From: an uncultured Candidatus Poseidoniales archaeon
GTDB lineage: Archaea > Thermoplasmatota > Poseidoniia > Poseidoniales > Poseidoniaceae
Length of the DNA: 64,000 bases
Reading direction: 5' to 3'
NCBI GenBank assembly: GCA_964015875.1
Contig: CAXHEV010000002.1
Location: 11,310 to 75,309, forward strand
A model generated the notes under the pieces. That model did not search any database. It saw only the letters and a list, made by a program, of their open reading frames with translations, and was not told where the DNA came from. Shown here in pieces: positions 18,340 to 27,191 of this stretch. The position numbers were made by a program, and so were the translations under genes. The first letter of the stretch is position 1, and every line of letters begins with the position of its first letter.

Positions 18340-19340
18340 GTGTTCGCCTCCGTTCGTGCAGCAACAGCCACTTGGGCAATGAAAGCAGATTCAGCAGCAA
18401 TTCGATCTGCTTTACCAGACCAACCTGCTGCACCGTCGTGGCCACCACCTTCACCACCAAGTCGCTCTGCGACTGCAGCCATGAGGTTTCCGAGATGAAC
18501 ACCCTGTTGAGTGCTTGTTCTTGGTGCCCTAGCAGTCAGACGAGTTTCACCATCACGGAACCTGCTGACCAAGGCAATCTCTGCTCCAGTACCAACAAGC
18601 ATTGTGGCCAGTCGCCCCTCGAGGGTGCCTGAATATGTGTGTACTATATTCCACGAACCAGAATCGATTGATTTCGCTCTTGAAAGTCCTCGAAGCAGGC
18701 TACCTCGTTCACTCGGCGAGGTGGTTTCTGATTCTATAAACTGGAGGAATGAGGCGTAGTCGATGCTTGAATTGTCGAGCAATGCATAGGCAGAAGCGAA
18801 GGCTCCAGAGTCTGCATGACGAAACCTACCCGTATCGGTAATCAGGCCTGCTAAGAGCATCTTACGGACCGCATCGGTTCGAGCTTCTGGAGCATATTCG
18901 AGCAGGTATTGATCGATAATCTGAGTTGTCGCCCTTACGTCCCATTGCAGGTTGAGGTCTTCGTCAGTTAACGTCCAGTCCGAGGTGGCATGGTGGTCAA
19001 GAATACACAAAGGCACCCCATCTGGTAGTGAAACCCCAACTTGGCCTGGGGCTGCGGCGTCGACGATGACGATTCCTCCAATGGCATTTGGCCACGAGGT
19101 GTGAACTGGGGCAATCTTTCGAAATGGTGCTTGGAGTTGATCGACCACTCTTTTTGCCGTTCGTCCCAGGTGTATGCCACATGCCATCAATCGTGGGTGT
19201 GATGCTGCGAGTGCAATAGCGGAGCCAACTGTATCCATGTCCCCATTTTTACCGGTCAAGACCGGTACGGGACCCCGTTCACAAGCTTTGGAGAGCCAAG
19301 CATGAAATGATGCAAGATCTCCAAGTTCTACTTGACTCAT
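18336..19340 (-). CDS. DHH/DHHA1 phosphoesterase (NrnA-like nanoRNase / pAp phosphatase family)
   Basis: DHH motif CILDHHATSDW and DHHA1 motif GGGHDGAAGW. ATG at 19340 (track GTG at 19346), immediately after the prefoldin stop. Confidence 0.75.
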   Translation of the reverse strand: MSQVELGDLASFHAWLSKACERGPVPVLTGKNGDMDTVGSAIALAASHPRLMACGIHLGRTAKRVVDQLQAPFRKIAPVHTSWPNAIGGIVIVDAAAPGQVGVSLPDGVPLCILDHHATSDWTLTDEDLNLQWDVRATTQIIDQYLLEYAPEARTDAVRKMLLAGLITDTGRFRHADSGAFASAYALLDNSSIDYASFLQFIESETTSPSERGSLLRGLSRAKSIDSGSWNIVHTYSGTLEGRLATMLVGTGAEIALVSRFRDGETRLTARAPRTSTQQGVHLGNLMAAVAERLGGEGGGHDGAAGWSGKADRIAAESAFIAQVAVAARTEANT

Positions 19341-19342
19341 AC

Positions 19343-19657
19343 TCACTCAGTTCCTTTGAGTACGGCTTGTAGTTCTTCATAGGTCGCCATAAGTTGTGTT
19401 TCACGCTCGGTGAAGCGAGCAAGGTGTTCATTGAGCGTGAGGAGAGTTTGTTGAAGGTCCTTGAGCAGAGCATCACGGTCCGAGACTTCGACAAGCACGC
19501 CACCCATCTGCTGGTGGAGGCCAAGGTCTTCTGGTTGGTTACTGACCGCGTCGACGGTTGCCTCTAGTTCGACGACCTGTGCGCGCAAGTTCGCCACTTG
19601 TTGTCGGGCTGCCTGCACTTCGTTGACGACGGCTTGGAGTTGTTCCATATTGTCCAT
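19343..19657 (-). CDS. pfdB: Prefoldin beta subunit
   Basis: A 104-aa coiled-coil protein (QLQAVVNEVQAARQQVANLRAQVVELEATVDAV...LLKDLQQTLLTLNEHLARFTERETQLMATYEELQ), found in the exosome-superoperon context. Confidence 0.75.
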   Translation of the reverse strand: MDNMEQLQAVVNEVQAARQQVANLRAQVVELEATVDAVSNQPEDLGLHQQMGGVLVEVSDRDALLKDLQQTLLTLNEHLARFTERETQLMATYEELQAVLKGTE

Positions 19658-19702
19658 GTGTCTACCTCAATCGCTTGGCGTTGATGAATCCTCGCCTGCC
19701 TT

Positions 19703-19960
19703 TCATTCCTTCAAAGCCTCAAAAAGCGAGTCGACGGCGATAAGGCCACGAATTCTCGTGTTCCACATCGCTCGTAGATCTTTAGCTTTGGATTCGTTCA
19801 AACAAAAAGAGAACGAGGTCCGTTCTTCATTCCAGTCAATTGACTCGTCAGTCGTCAATGCGTCGCCAAGGGCTTTGGTTTCGGATGGCGTTGAGGCTTG
19901 TACCTCGAGGGTAAGATTCCATCTTGAACTCACGGTATTCACCGCACTTGCATGCTTCAC
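19703..19960 (-). CDS. pcc1: Probable KEOPS subunit Pcc1 (COG2892 family)
   Basis: The 85-aa C-terminal sequence LRAMWNTRIRGLIAVDSLFEA resembles the Pcc1 helix (LRGTVNSYLRWIKAAIDV). The gene sits between L37ae and prefoldin, as in the conserved archaeal superoperon. The start is GTG, overlapping the L37ae TGA (GTGA). Confidence 0.5.
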   Translation of the reverse strand: MKHASAVNTVSSRWNLTLEVQASTPSETKALGDALTTDESIDWNEERTSFSFCLNESKAKDLRAMWNTRIRGLIAVDSLFEALKE

Positions 19961-20316
19961 TCTTCTTCAGAGATTTCGCCAGCAGCCAATGCACGTTCGT
20001 AGTCCATAGCGGCTTGCTGAGCGATGAAAGCCATGTCGGCAGTTGTAGCGCCTTCAACGGACCGTCGTAGAATTCTGTTGTTCGCATCAGATGCTCGTGT
20101 GAACGGTTCCCATGCGCCTCCAGCGAATGTGTGGTCGCACTTGGAACAGAACCAGATACCTCGTGATTTGCGGGTGACCTTGCGGTACTGGCAAACCGGG
20201 CAAGTATACCTAGCATTTTTCTTGGCCAATGCAGATCCTGCATTTCGTCGAACGGATACACCGTATCGTGCTCCGAATCGTGCTGTTGCACCTGCTTTCT
20301 GTGTTCGCTTTGCCAA
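19957..20316 (-). CDS. rpl37ae: 50S ribosomal protein L37ae (eL43) with a roughly 30-aa C-terminal extension; TTG start
   Basis: MAKRTQKAGATARFGARYGVSVRR...YTCPVCQYRKVTRKSRGIWFCSKCDHTFAGGAW is the canonical L37ae zinc ribbon. The start codon is TTG, with a perfect AGGAGG 8 nt upstream, and it overlaps the Rrp42 TGA. Confidence 0.85.
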   Translation of the reverse strand: MAKRTQKAGATARFGARYGVSVRRNAGSALAKKNARYTCPVCQYRKVTRKSRGIWFCSKCDHTFAGGAWEPFTRASDANNRILRRSVEGATTADMAFIAQQAAMDYERALAAGEISEEE

Positions 20317-21102
20317 TCAGTTCCCCTCCTGGTTTGCAACGAGTTTTCGAAGATCAGTGCATCGTTGATGCGCCACTTCGAATATCTCGGCAAATTCGGC
20401 GGGCGTGAACACCCCTCTTAATCCCTTTTGCAGGGAGTGGAGATGTCCTTCATCGCCCAAAGTAATGTGAATGCGCTCGTCGCCACCCAGTTCTTCTTCT
20501 TCGGATGGATCATAGATGTAGCGTCCACCAACACGAGTGAAGGAGGCCATAATCGGTGTACCATTGACCTTCAACGTGTAATCCTCGCCAACATCGAAAC
20601 GCTCGGCAGGAACCACTGCTGTACGCAGTGCTGCAATAGCAGCAAGTCCACACGCATCGAAGATATTTCCGCCATCTGAAAGAACGTGAATGTCAATCAT
20701 GACACCCCAGACTTTCTCTCCGGGTACAATGCAGAGGCTTTCCATGTCGATGCAACCGGATTCACGGATTCCACGGTCAACGACTCGGCCCAGTTCAATG
20801 GATTGTGGTGAGGGTGGCCCGGGCTCGTACTTTCGATGAGCCACAGGTCGGAGTTCAGCTCCGCACATCAAGGAACCTTGCGTTGGGCGGTCAGGCCATG
20901 GCGTTCGAAGTTCGAACTTAATTCCGGCGTAGACGATTGTGTCGCCCATAACCACTTTTGCTGAGCCTTCAGCGTTGTACAGGCAATCGGTTTCAAGAGA
21001 AACTTCTCTGCCTTCCCAACGACCACGACCGTCGAGGCGCAAATCATCTTCTGCAAGCCGAGCAAGTTCTTGACGAAGCAAGGTTGGAACCAGTTCGACC
21101 AT
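20317..21102 (-). CDS. rrp42: Exosome complex component Rrp42 (RNase PH-like, non-catalytic)
   Basis: RNase PH fold (DGRGRWEGREVSLETDCLYNAEGSAKVVMGDTIVYAG...). ATG at 21102 overlaps the Rrp41 TGA (ATGA). Confidence 0.8.
   Translation of the reverse strand: MVELVPTLLRQELARLAEDDLRLDGRGRWEGREVSLETDCLYNAEGSAKVVMGDTIVYAGIKFELRTPWPDRPTQGSLMCGAELRPVAHRKYEPGPPSPQSIELGRVVDRGIRESGCIDMESLCIVPGEKVWGVMIDIHVLSDGGNIFDACGLAAIAALRTAVVPAERFDVGEDYTLKVNGTPIMASFTRVGGRYIYDPSEEEELGGDERIHITLGDEGHLHSLQKGLRGVFTPAEFAEIFEVAHQRCTDLRKLVANQEGN
20325..20330 (-). promoter_or_regulatory. Shine-Dalgarno AGGAGG serving the TTG start of L37ae
   Basis: The minus-strand sequence AGGAGGGGAACTGATTGGCAAAG shows SD, spacer, the Rrp42 stop TGA and the TTG start. 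Confidence 0.4.
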
Positions 21103-21830
21103 CAGTTCTCACCTCCTTCATATCGGCGCTTGAGAGCATCCACCATAATCTCATGAATCTCACCAGCGGCTTTGAAGTTGTATTCCATGGCGAGGTTGAA
21201 TTCCTCTGGCGATAAATCGCCATCCATCTGCAAGAAAGCGATTTCACCAGTGTTTGGTAGAATTCCGACCGGCAAATCAGCTTGTCCGTAGTTATCTTCT
21301 GCTTTGTCAAGGTCGAGGACAACGGTGTCTTCGACTTTTCCAGATGCAACACCAACGATGAGGTCACGCATTGGAATGCCAGCGTCAGCAAGTGCGACTG
21401 CGGCGGCAGTGATACCTACGCATCGTGTACCGGCTTCAGCTGCTAGAATTTCAATCTCGACACGAATCTTGGAACGAGGGTATCGCTCGACAAGGACAAC
21501 AGATTCGAGTGCTTCAGCAGTGACCTTGGAGATCTCTCGAGATCGTCGGTTGTATCCAGGGCGAATTCTGTCGCTGGTTGAGAAAGGAGCCATGTTGTAT
21601 CGCACGTCAATGACTGCACGGTCTTGGCGTTGAATCTTACGAGGATGCGCTTCCATTGGACCATAAACTGCAGCAACGGCCACGTTCAATCCGTGGGTCA
21701 CCATGGCAGAGCCATCGGCAGCAGGCAGGACACCCGCTTCGACTGTGACAGGTCGCATCTCGTCAATTTTTCTTCCGTCGAGTCGAAGCCCGTCGTCGCG
21801 CAGCAGTTGTACATCACCATATCCACCCAT
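21102..21830 (-). CDS. rrp41: Exosome complex exonuclease Rrp41 (RNase PH catalytic subunit)
   Basis: LRLDGRKIDEMRPVTVEAGVLPAADGSAMVTHG...RSREISKV...GTRCVGITAAAVALADAGIPMRDLIVGVA. ATG at 21830 (track TTG at 21833), sharing one nucleotide with the Rrp4 TGA. Confidence 0.85.
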   Translation of the reverse strand: MGGYGDVQLLRDDGLRLDGRKIDEMRPVTVEAGVLPAADGSAMVTHGLNVAVAAVYGPMEAHPRKIQRQDRAVIDVRYNMAPFSTSDRIRPGYNRRSREISKVTAEALESVVLVERYPRSKIRVEIEILAAEAGTRCVGITAAAVALADAGIPMRDLIVGVASGKVEDTVVLDLDKAEDNYGQADLPVGILPNTGEIAFLQMDGDLSPEEFNLAMEYNFKAAGEIHEIMVDALKRRYEGGEN

Positions 21831-22525
21831 CAAGCATCACCTTTCTTTGGAGCATTTTGTTCAAGAGCAGACAATTCTGCTTCGAATGTTGTTTTGTGGC
21901 CAGAGGCCTGAGTTAGGGCAATCGCTTCACGAGCCCATGCGGTTCCTTCTGCATCGCCATCGATCCAAACTCGACCGTTTTCTCCGATGATGATTCTGCT
22001 GTCTGCAGCATCTCGAAGTCGTTGAACGGTTGCATTGCCTTCGCCTCGCAACCTGTCAATATGATTAATCGGGACAGATACAACTGTGCCTTGGTTGAGC
22101 CGTCGCAGGCCAACACCCTTCATTGTCAAGACCACGTTGTGGCACTCATCCACTTCTTGGACACGTGCCAACACGACATCGCCGATGCCCATGTGTTGTC
22201 GTGCTGCTCCAAACTCGACCTTCCATGGTGCGAGTGACATTGGCAGCAAACCTTGGAATGGGCCGTTGATGTTCATGAACCAGAGGTTGTTTCGAACCTC
22301 TGCTACCACGGCGACGATGAGGTCGCCTGAGCGTGGCATGTATGCACTGTTGATCGGGTCCACCGAAACAGTGTTGTTGAATTCTTTTGCCCACCCAAGT
22401 CGGGTGGCAATAATAGTATCGTTTTGTGCGATTGCACCGCTTCCTACGCGCTTCCCAGCGATTGGCCCGATGGCCATTCCTGGGGTCACGAGGCGCAGCT
22501 CGGCGCCGTTTTGACCGTTGGACAT
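21830..22525 (-). CDS. rrp4: Exosome RNA-binding cap subunit Rrp4 (S1 plus KH)
   Basis: S1 segment GDVVLARVQEVDECHNVVLTMKG and KH segment ATVQRLRDAADSRIIIGENGRVWIDGD. ATG at 22525 (track 22579 adds a hydrophobic non-homologous leader). Confidence 0.8.
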   Translation of the reverse strand: MSNGQNGAELRLVTPGMAIGPIAGKRVGSGAIAQNDTIIATRLGWAKEFNNTVSVDPINSAYMPRSGDLIVAVVAEVRNNLWFMNINGPFQGLLPMSLAPWKVEFGAARQHMGIGDVVLARVQEVDECHNVVLTMKGVGLRRLNQGTVVSVPINHIDRLRGEGNATVQRLRDAADSRIIIGENGRVWIDGDAEGTAWAREAIALTQASGHKTTFEAELSALEQNAPKKGDA

Positions 22526-22613
22526 TTCTTTCTCTCCATTCTGCGCCACCCACCAACCCATGATAAAGCCGACCCCCAAACAAACTGTTGATGAGTGAAG
22601 GTTTTTGCTGCTA

Positions 22614-23303
22614 TTATGAGAGTTCTTTGACCTCAGTATCTGATGATTGTTTCATCACTTGACCAATCAGGTCAGGTTTCATCCCAGCAGGGCATTCGAT
22701 AACTGAGGCCCAAGAGCCATTTTCGAGCCATTGCTCCTTTTGCATGTAGGGCCGTAAAATTCTCGAAACCCTACCCATGGCTGAGCCAGGTACTTTGAAA
22801 GCGAGGCGTACCGATTCGAAGGAGAGAGGAATCATTGGTTTCAAACGGTCGATTGCCTCCTTCACCTGATCCTCCAAATTTTTGAACGGATCAACAGAAT
22901 ACCGCGACTCGTCCAGTGCCAATTCAATACGTGTTTTGGGGTGAGGGCTCTTGGTCTTCGGGTCCACTGCCTGAACGTGGATTTGGTGAACGATTTGTTG
23001 TCGCATTCGCTCAACCATCGCTTTGCGCTGAGATGTTGTCAGTTGGATGCTCCCCTTCGAGAGAATTGTGGTGGCAATGGTTCTGATGTCCTGGGTACCG
23101 AAGGTGTTCTCAATCGCATCTTCAGTCGGACGTTCACCGCCACGTGCATCGTGGAAAACTTCGTCCATAGCCAAAAATGCATTGAGGTCTATGGCGTCTG
23201 GGTCGGCCTTGAATGCATCAACTAAGTCAGGATCAACCAAGACTTCGTAGCGCTTGCCACCTTTCTCCATTCGGGCGAGCACGGCCTTGTCAAGACTTAC
23301 CAT
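22614..23303 (-). CDS. sdo1: Ribosome maturation protein Sdo1 (SBDS family)
   Basis: N-terminal FYSH-domain-like RYEVLVDPDLVDAFKADPDAIDLNAFLAMDEVFHDARGGERPTE. Length 229 aa. ATG at 23303. Confidence 0.85.
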   Translation of the reverse strand: MVSLDKAVLARMEKGGKRYEVLVDPDLVDAFKADPDAIDLNAFLAMDEVFHDARGGERPTEDAIENTFGTQDIRTIATTILSKGSIQLTTSQRKAMVERMRQQIVHQIHVQAVDPKTKSPHPKTRIELALDESRYSVDPFKNLEDQVKEAIDRLKPMIPLSFESVRLAFKVPGSAMGRVSRILRPYMQKEQWLENGSWASVIECPAGMKPDLIGQVMKQSSDTEVKELS

Positions 23304-23359
23304 TGAGTATCCCTCACTCCGCAGAGGCTAACCCAGCACTTCATGCTGGTGGTGGAACT

Positions 23360-24082
23360 TCACTCTTCAAGAGGCTTCAAGCGGTCAATTTGCTTGTTCA
23401 CTTCGGCTCGATCCAAGACACGGTAGCCTTTGTCATCAATGACGGTGACTTCAACAGCCTCTCGGTTCAATTCAGTGTCGTTCGCACTTCGAAGCGCCTC
23501 AAGACCAAGCTTCATTGCAGCATTGAGTGTTAGACCGGGCTTCCAGTTGGACTCAAAGTGGTCAATGACTGTGTTTCGCCCACTGCCGATTGCACCGGCG
23601 TGGTAGGACTGGTAGGCACCACTCGGGTCGGTTTCGTACAGGTGGATGCCGTTGTCATCAACGCCACCAATGAGGAGTGCGGTTCCGAACGGACGGGAGC
23701 CACCGTATTGGGTGAAAGATTGCTTGAAATCGCAAATTTTCTTGACGAGGACGTCCACGGGGATTGTATCGGCGTATGTGATTCTGTTGACCTGTGATTC
23801 GACACGAGCTCGAGCAACGAGTTGACGAGCATCAGCGACGAGTCCCGACGTCGCAATTCCAACATGGTTATCGATCTTGAACATCTTCTCGATGGATTCT
23901 GGGATGATGAGCCTGCTGACGATTCGCTTGTCACACACGAGGACAACGCCGTCACGGAACTTGAGTCCTGCAGTGGTGGTACCACGCTTGACTGATTCTC
24001 GAGCGTACTCGACTTGGAACAATCGCCCATCTGGGCTAAACGTGGTGATGCCGTGGTCATATCCTCTTCCGCTTGGTTGCAT
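23360..24082 (-). CDS. psmA: Proteasome alpha subunit
   Basis: RGYDHGITTFSPDGRLFQVEYARESVKRGTTTAGLKFRDGVVLVCDKR is the canonical alpha-subunit N-terminus. ATG at 24082. Confidence 0.9.
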   Translation of the reverse strand: MQPSGRGYDHGITTFSPDGRLFQVEYARESVKRGTTTAGLKFRDGVVLVCDKRIVSRLIIPESIEKMFKIDNHVGIATSGLVADARQLVARARVESQVNRITYADTIPVDVLVKKICDFKQSFTQYGGSRPFGTALLIGGVDDNGIHLYETDPSGAYQSYHAGAIGSGRNTVIDHFESNWKPGLTLNAAMKLGLEALRSANDTELNREAVEVTVIDDKGYRVLDRAEVNKQIDRLKPLEE

Positions 24083-24089
24083 TTGAATT

Positions 24090-24132
24090 CCCTCATCTGT
24101 CTCGTTGTATCGACGCTTTATGAGGATGAGGG
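24090..24132. repeat. 8-bp inverted repeat CCCTCATC ... GATGAGGG (27-nt spacer) in the psmA/dph6 divergent region
   Basis: Read directly from the sequence. It begins 8 nt upstream of the psmA ATG. It could be a transcription-factor site or a 5' UTR stem. Confidence 0.3.
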
Positions 24133-24258
24133 TGAATGTGGATGAACCCAGACCTTCTCATATTCGTTGCCAACGAACCAGTGATGAACTCCACCTCATA
24201 TGAACCCTCACACGAATTCTACCCCTAACCTCATGAGCGATTACAAGGTGGCCAAAAC

Positions 24259-24927
24259 GTGCGAGTTGCAGTGCTGTCATCTGGAGGGAAAGATTCCGCT
24301 GCCGCTTGGTGGTGGGCCCAATGCAGAGGGTGGGATGTGACTGCATTGGTCACTGTTAACATCACAGGGGACGATTCATGGATGTTTCAAATCCCTGGAA
24401 CTCATCTTGTGGAACACCAAGCAAACTTGGCCAATGTTCCATGGTTGCAGGTGGATACCAAAGGCATTCAGGAGGAAGAGATTTCCGATTTAGAAGCGGC
24501 ACTCTCATCACTCAAAATTGATGGAATTGTCAGTGGTGCATTGCGTTCTGATTATCAAAAAGTAAGGCTGGAGCGTATGGCAGAGCGGCTCGGGATTCAC
24601 AGTTGGACTCCGCTATGGCACCAAAGCAGCCTAGAACACATGCGTGGCTTGGTGTCAAATGGTTTTGAAGTCATGCTAACATCTGTGAGTTGCGATGGTT
24701 TGGACGAATCTTGGCTAGGACAGATCCTCACCGAAAAATCCCTTGCTAAACTCGAGCAAAAAGCCGAACAGTTCAGGTTCAATGTTGATGGTGAAGGTGG
24801 TGAATACGAGACTCTGGTTGTAGGTGGGCCCCACCTGCCCGGCCGATTGAATATTGAAGGTCATGTGGTCTGGAAAGGCAACCGTGGAACGTTCGAATGT
24901 TCCCACGTGGTCTCAGTGGTTCGTTAA
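24259..24927 (+). CDS. dph6: Diphthine-ammonia ligase (Dph6, PP-loop ATPase, MJ0570 family)
   Basis: PP-loop motif VAVLSSGGKDS...EGGEYETLVVGGP. GTG start at 24259; there is no in-frame ATG before the conserved SGGKDS. Confidence 0.75.
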   Translation: MRVAVLSSGGKDSAAAWWWAQCRGWDVTALVTVNITGDDSWMFQIPGTHLVEHQANLANVPWLQVDTKGIQEEEISDLEAALSSLKIDGIVSGALRSDYQKVRLERMAERLGIHSWTPLWHQSSLEHMRGLVSNGFEVMLTSVSCDGLDESWLGQILTEKSLAKLEQKAEQFRFNVDGEGGEYETLVVGGPHLPGRLNIEGHVVWKGNRGTFECSHVVSVVR

Positions 24928-24929
24928 TC

Positions 24930-26279
24930 TCACTTAATCGCTGCACGTGCAAGCGCAACGCATTCGTCAACAAGTTCTCCTGAAACACCAATATGGTTTG
25001 CAGGATCAAACATTGCCTCTAACTCCTCTGCACTAAATGCTGCTGAAATCGCAGGAGTTCTGCTGCATACATCGATGAGCTCTTCTTTGTTGGCAACTGC
25101 AGCAAAGGAGGCTTCTCGAAGAATTTCGTGTGCCTCGTCTCGTGGAATACCGTGCTCGACAAGGTCAATCATCACTTTTTCAGCCATGACAAGTCCCCTT
25201 TGCGATTTGATGTTCTCTAAACAGCGCTCGGCGTCAACCCACATGTTGGTCAGCACGTCTCGGGTTTTTTGAATGACGTCTTCGCACAACGCAGAACCGT
25301 GTGAGAGGGTAAATCGCTCGCTGCTTGAGTTGGCCAGGTCTCGCTCATGCCACAAGAGAGCGTTCTCGTAGGTTGGTATGATCATGGAACGAACAATGCG
25401 TGCAAGACCGGATGCATTTTCTGATTTGATTGGGTTCTTTTTATGAGCCATTGTTGAGGAGCCAACCTGCTTTTTGATGTCGAATCCTTCACCTGCTTCT
25501 TGAATTTCAGAGCGTTGAAGGTTTCGAACTTCCTGTAGAATTTTCTCGCATGTTGCAGCGATATTGGCCAACCAAGACACATATTCGATGTAGCGATCTC
25601 TTCCAACGACTTGCGTGGTGGCAAGAGGAACACCAAGTCCAAGATGGGTCAAAATGAGTCGTTGCAGTTCTCGTGCATTTTCTCCTTGAGCAGCCCCTGT
25701 GCCTACTGCACCAAGGAATTTTCCAACGGCAATACGTGGTGTAGATTCGTCAAGTCGAATCAACTGCCTTCTTAATTCATCCAACCAGACAGCGGCTTTG
25801 AGTCCGAAAGTGATCGGTACCGCTGCTTGGCCGTGAGTTCGCCCCAGCATGACCGTGTCGCGCTCCCGTTCAGCAACATCAGCGCAGACGCCGATAAGCA
25901 AGCAAAGTTGCTCTCGAAGCATGACGATGCTGTCACGAAGTTGTAGGGCGACAGCCGTATCAACAATATCGTTTGATGTGGCCCCAAGATGGATGCACCA
26001 TCCTGCCTCGCCTGCTGCTTCAGCCATGGCTTTGGTTAATGCCATGATGTCGTGACGGGTTTCTGCTTCAATTTCGGAGACTCGTTCTTTGGTGACCGAG
26101 GTGGGATTTGCGATTGATGCCACGATGTCATAATCGGCTTGGGACACTCGACCAAGTTGCATATGAGCCCATATCAACGCACGTTCTACTTCCAGTTGGC
26201 GTTCGTGACGGCCAACTTCGGACCAGATGTGTTTGAATTCTTGATTGCCATACCTGTAGTCGAGTGGGCAGAAGGACAT
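24930..26279 (-). CDS. purB: Adenylosuccinate lyase (PurB)
   Basis: YRYGNQEFKHIWSE...IHLGATSNDIVDTA...fumarate-lyase signature GSSTMAHKKNP. ATG at 26279 (MSFCPLDYRYG); the track extension to 26321 is rejected. Confidence 0.9.
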   Translation of the reverse strand: MSFCPLDYRYGNQEFKHIWSEVGRHERQLEVERALIWAHMQLGRVSQADYDIVASIANPTSVTKERVSEIEAETRHDIMALTKAMAEAAGEAGWCIHLGATSNDIVDTAVALQLRDSIVMLREQLCLLIGVCADVAERERDTVMLGRTHGQAAVPITFGLKAAVWLDELRRQLIRLDESTPRIAVGKFLGAVGTGAAQGENARELQRLILTHLGLGVPLATTQVVGRDRYIEYVSWLANIAATCEKILQEVRNLQRSEIQEAGEGFDIKKQVGSSTMAHKKNPIKSENASGLARIVRSMIIPTYENALLWHERDLANSSSERFTLSHGSALCEDVIQKTRDVLTNMWVDAERCLENIKSQRGLVMAEKVMIDLVEHGIPRDEAHEILREASFAAVANKEELIDVCSRTPAISAAFSAEELEAMFDPANHIGVSGELVDECVALARAAIK

Positions 26280-26355
26280 AGTTGAAGGCTCACGCCTCGA
26301 TTCATCAACATTGCCATTCAATCGAATGGCTTCGCCTTACGTAAACCACCGCTGT

Positions 26356-26796
26356 TCAAGCCGAATCAGCGTTTTCTTGCTGATCAGGTCGCATGGCTGT
26401 TCGAATCAGAATGACAGATGCACCAGTTGACAGGACGAAAAAGACACCAACATAGTTGGAGATGTTGTACCACATCATTGCGACACCGATCAACGATCCA
26501 TATCCCATCATTTGACAGACTGCAGATGCCTTTGCCAAACGCAACAAATGTGATTCACTCAGCGTACCCTCGTGCTCGAGGACATAGGTGTAGATGAGGA
26601 AGTAGATGCCCTGAAAAGGAATGGCTGTGGCAATAATCGTAAGGGCAACCTCACGCACAGCAGTGTAGTGATTCTCTTGTTCGATGCCTTGGAAAAGCAT
26701 GAATGCAGTGTTGGTACCAAGGAGTGCTGCCATGATGGTCCAGCGCTTATCCTGAGAGGATGTCCTGCTCTCAACATTGACCGAACCTTCGTCCAT
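26356..26796 (-). CDS. Hypothetical integral membrane protein (four TM helices)
   Basis: ATG at 26796. Hydrophobic segments: WTIMAALLGTNTAFMLF, LTIIATAIPFQGIYFLIY, LIGVAMMWY, VGVFFVLSTGASVIL. Confidence 0.4.
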   Translation of the reverse strand: MDEGSVNVESRTSSQDKRWTIMAALLGTNTAFMLFQGIEQENHYTAVREVALTIIATAIPFQGIYFLIYTYVLEHEGTLSESHLLRLAKASAVCQMMGYGSLIGVAMMWYNISNYVGVFFVLSTGASVILIRTAMRPDQQENADSA

Positions 26797-26883
26797 GGGG
26801 GTCGGATGTGAGGTTCATGGTTTGATATTTGCCGTTCTTCAAAGACAGCAAGAGTGATTCTTCCACCTCGGTGGATTTTCCGA

Positions 26884-27105
26884 TTATGCCGAGGCGACAA
26901 TCTTGATGAGGATGCCTGTGATGCCTGCGACGATCAAGAGGAGGAGCATCATAGCTAGAGGTCCATATTGATTCTTGTCGGCAACTGCTGTACCAAAGAA
27001 ACCATCCCGGGAAATGGCCTCAGTGAATGAAGCTGCTTCTTCAAATTCTGGCAATGAGCGTCGAGGAATTCGCTCGCCATCTCGGACTACCAAATCGTCT
27101 CCCAT
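26884..27105 (-). CDS. Small tail-anchored membrane protein (hypothetical)
   Basis: 73 aa. ATG at 27105. The C-terminal TM helix is LAMMLLLLIVAGITGILIKIV. Confidence 0.3.
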   Translation of the reverse strand: MGDDLVVRDGERIPRRSLPEFEEAASFTEAISRDGFFGTAVADKNQYGPLAMMLLLLIVAGITGILIKIVASA

Positions 27106-27191
27106 GCCTTTCCGTTAGGCCGGTAGGGCATGAAGGTTGCTCTAATGAACGGTATCGGAAGTATATTGCACGGTGGTCACAAGGATAATCC

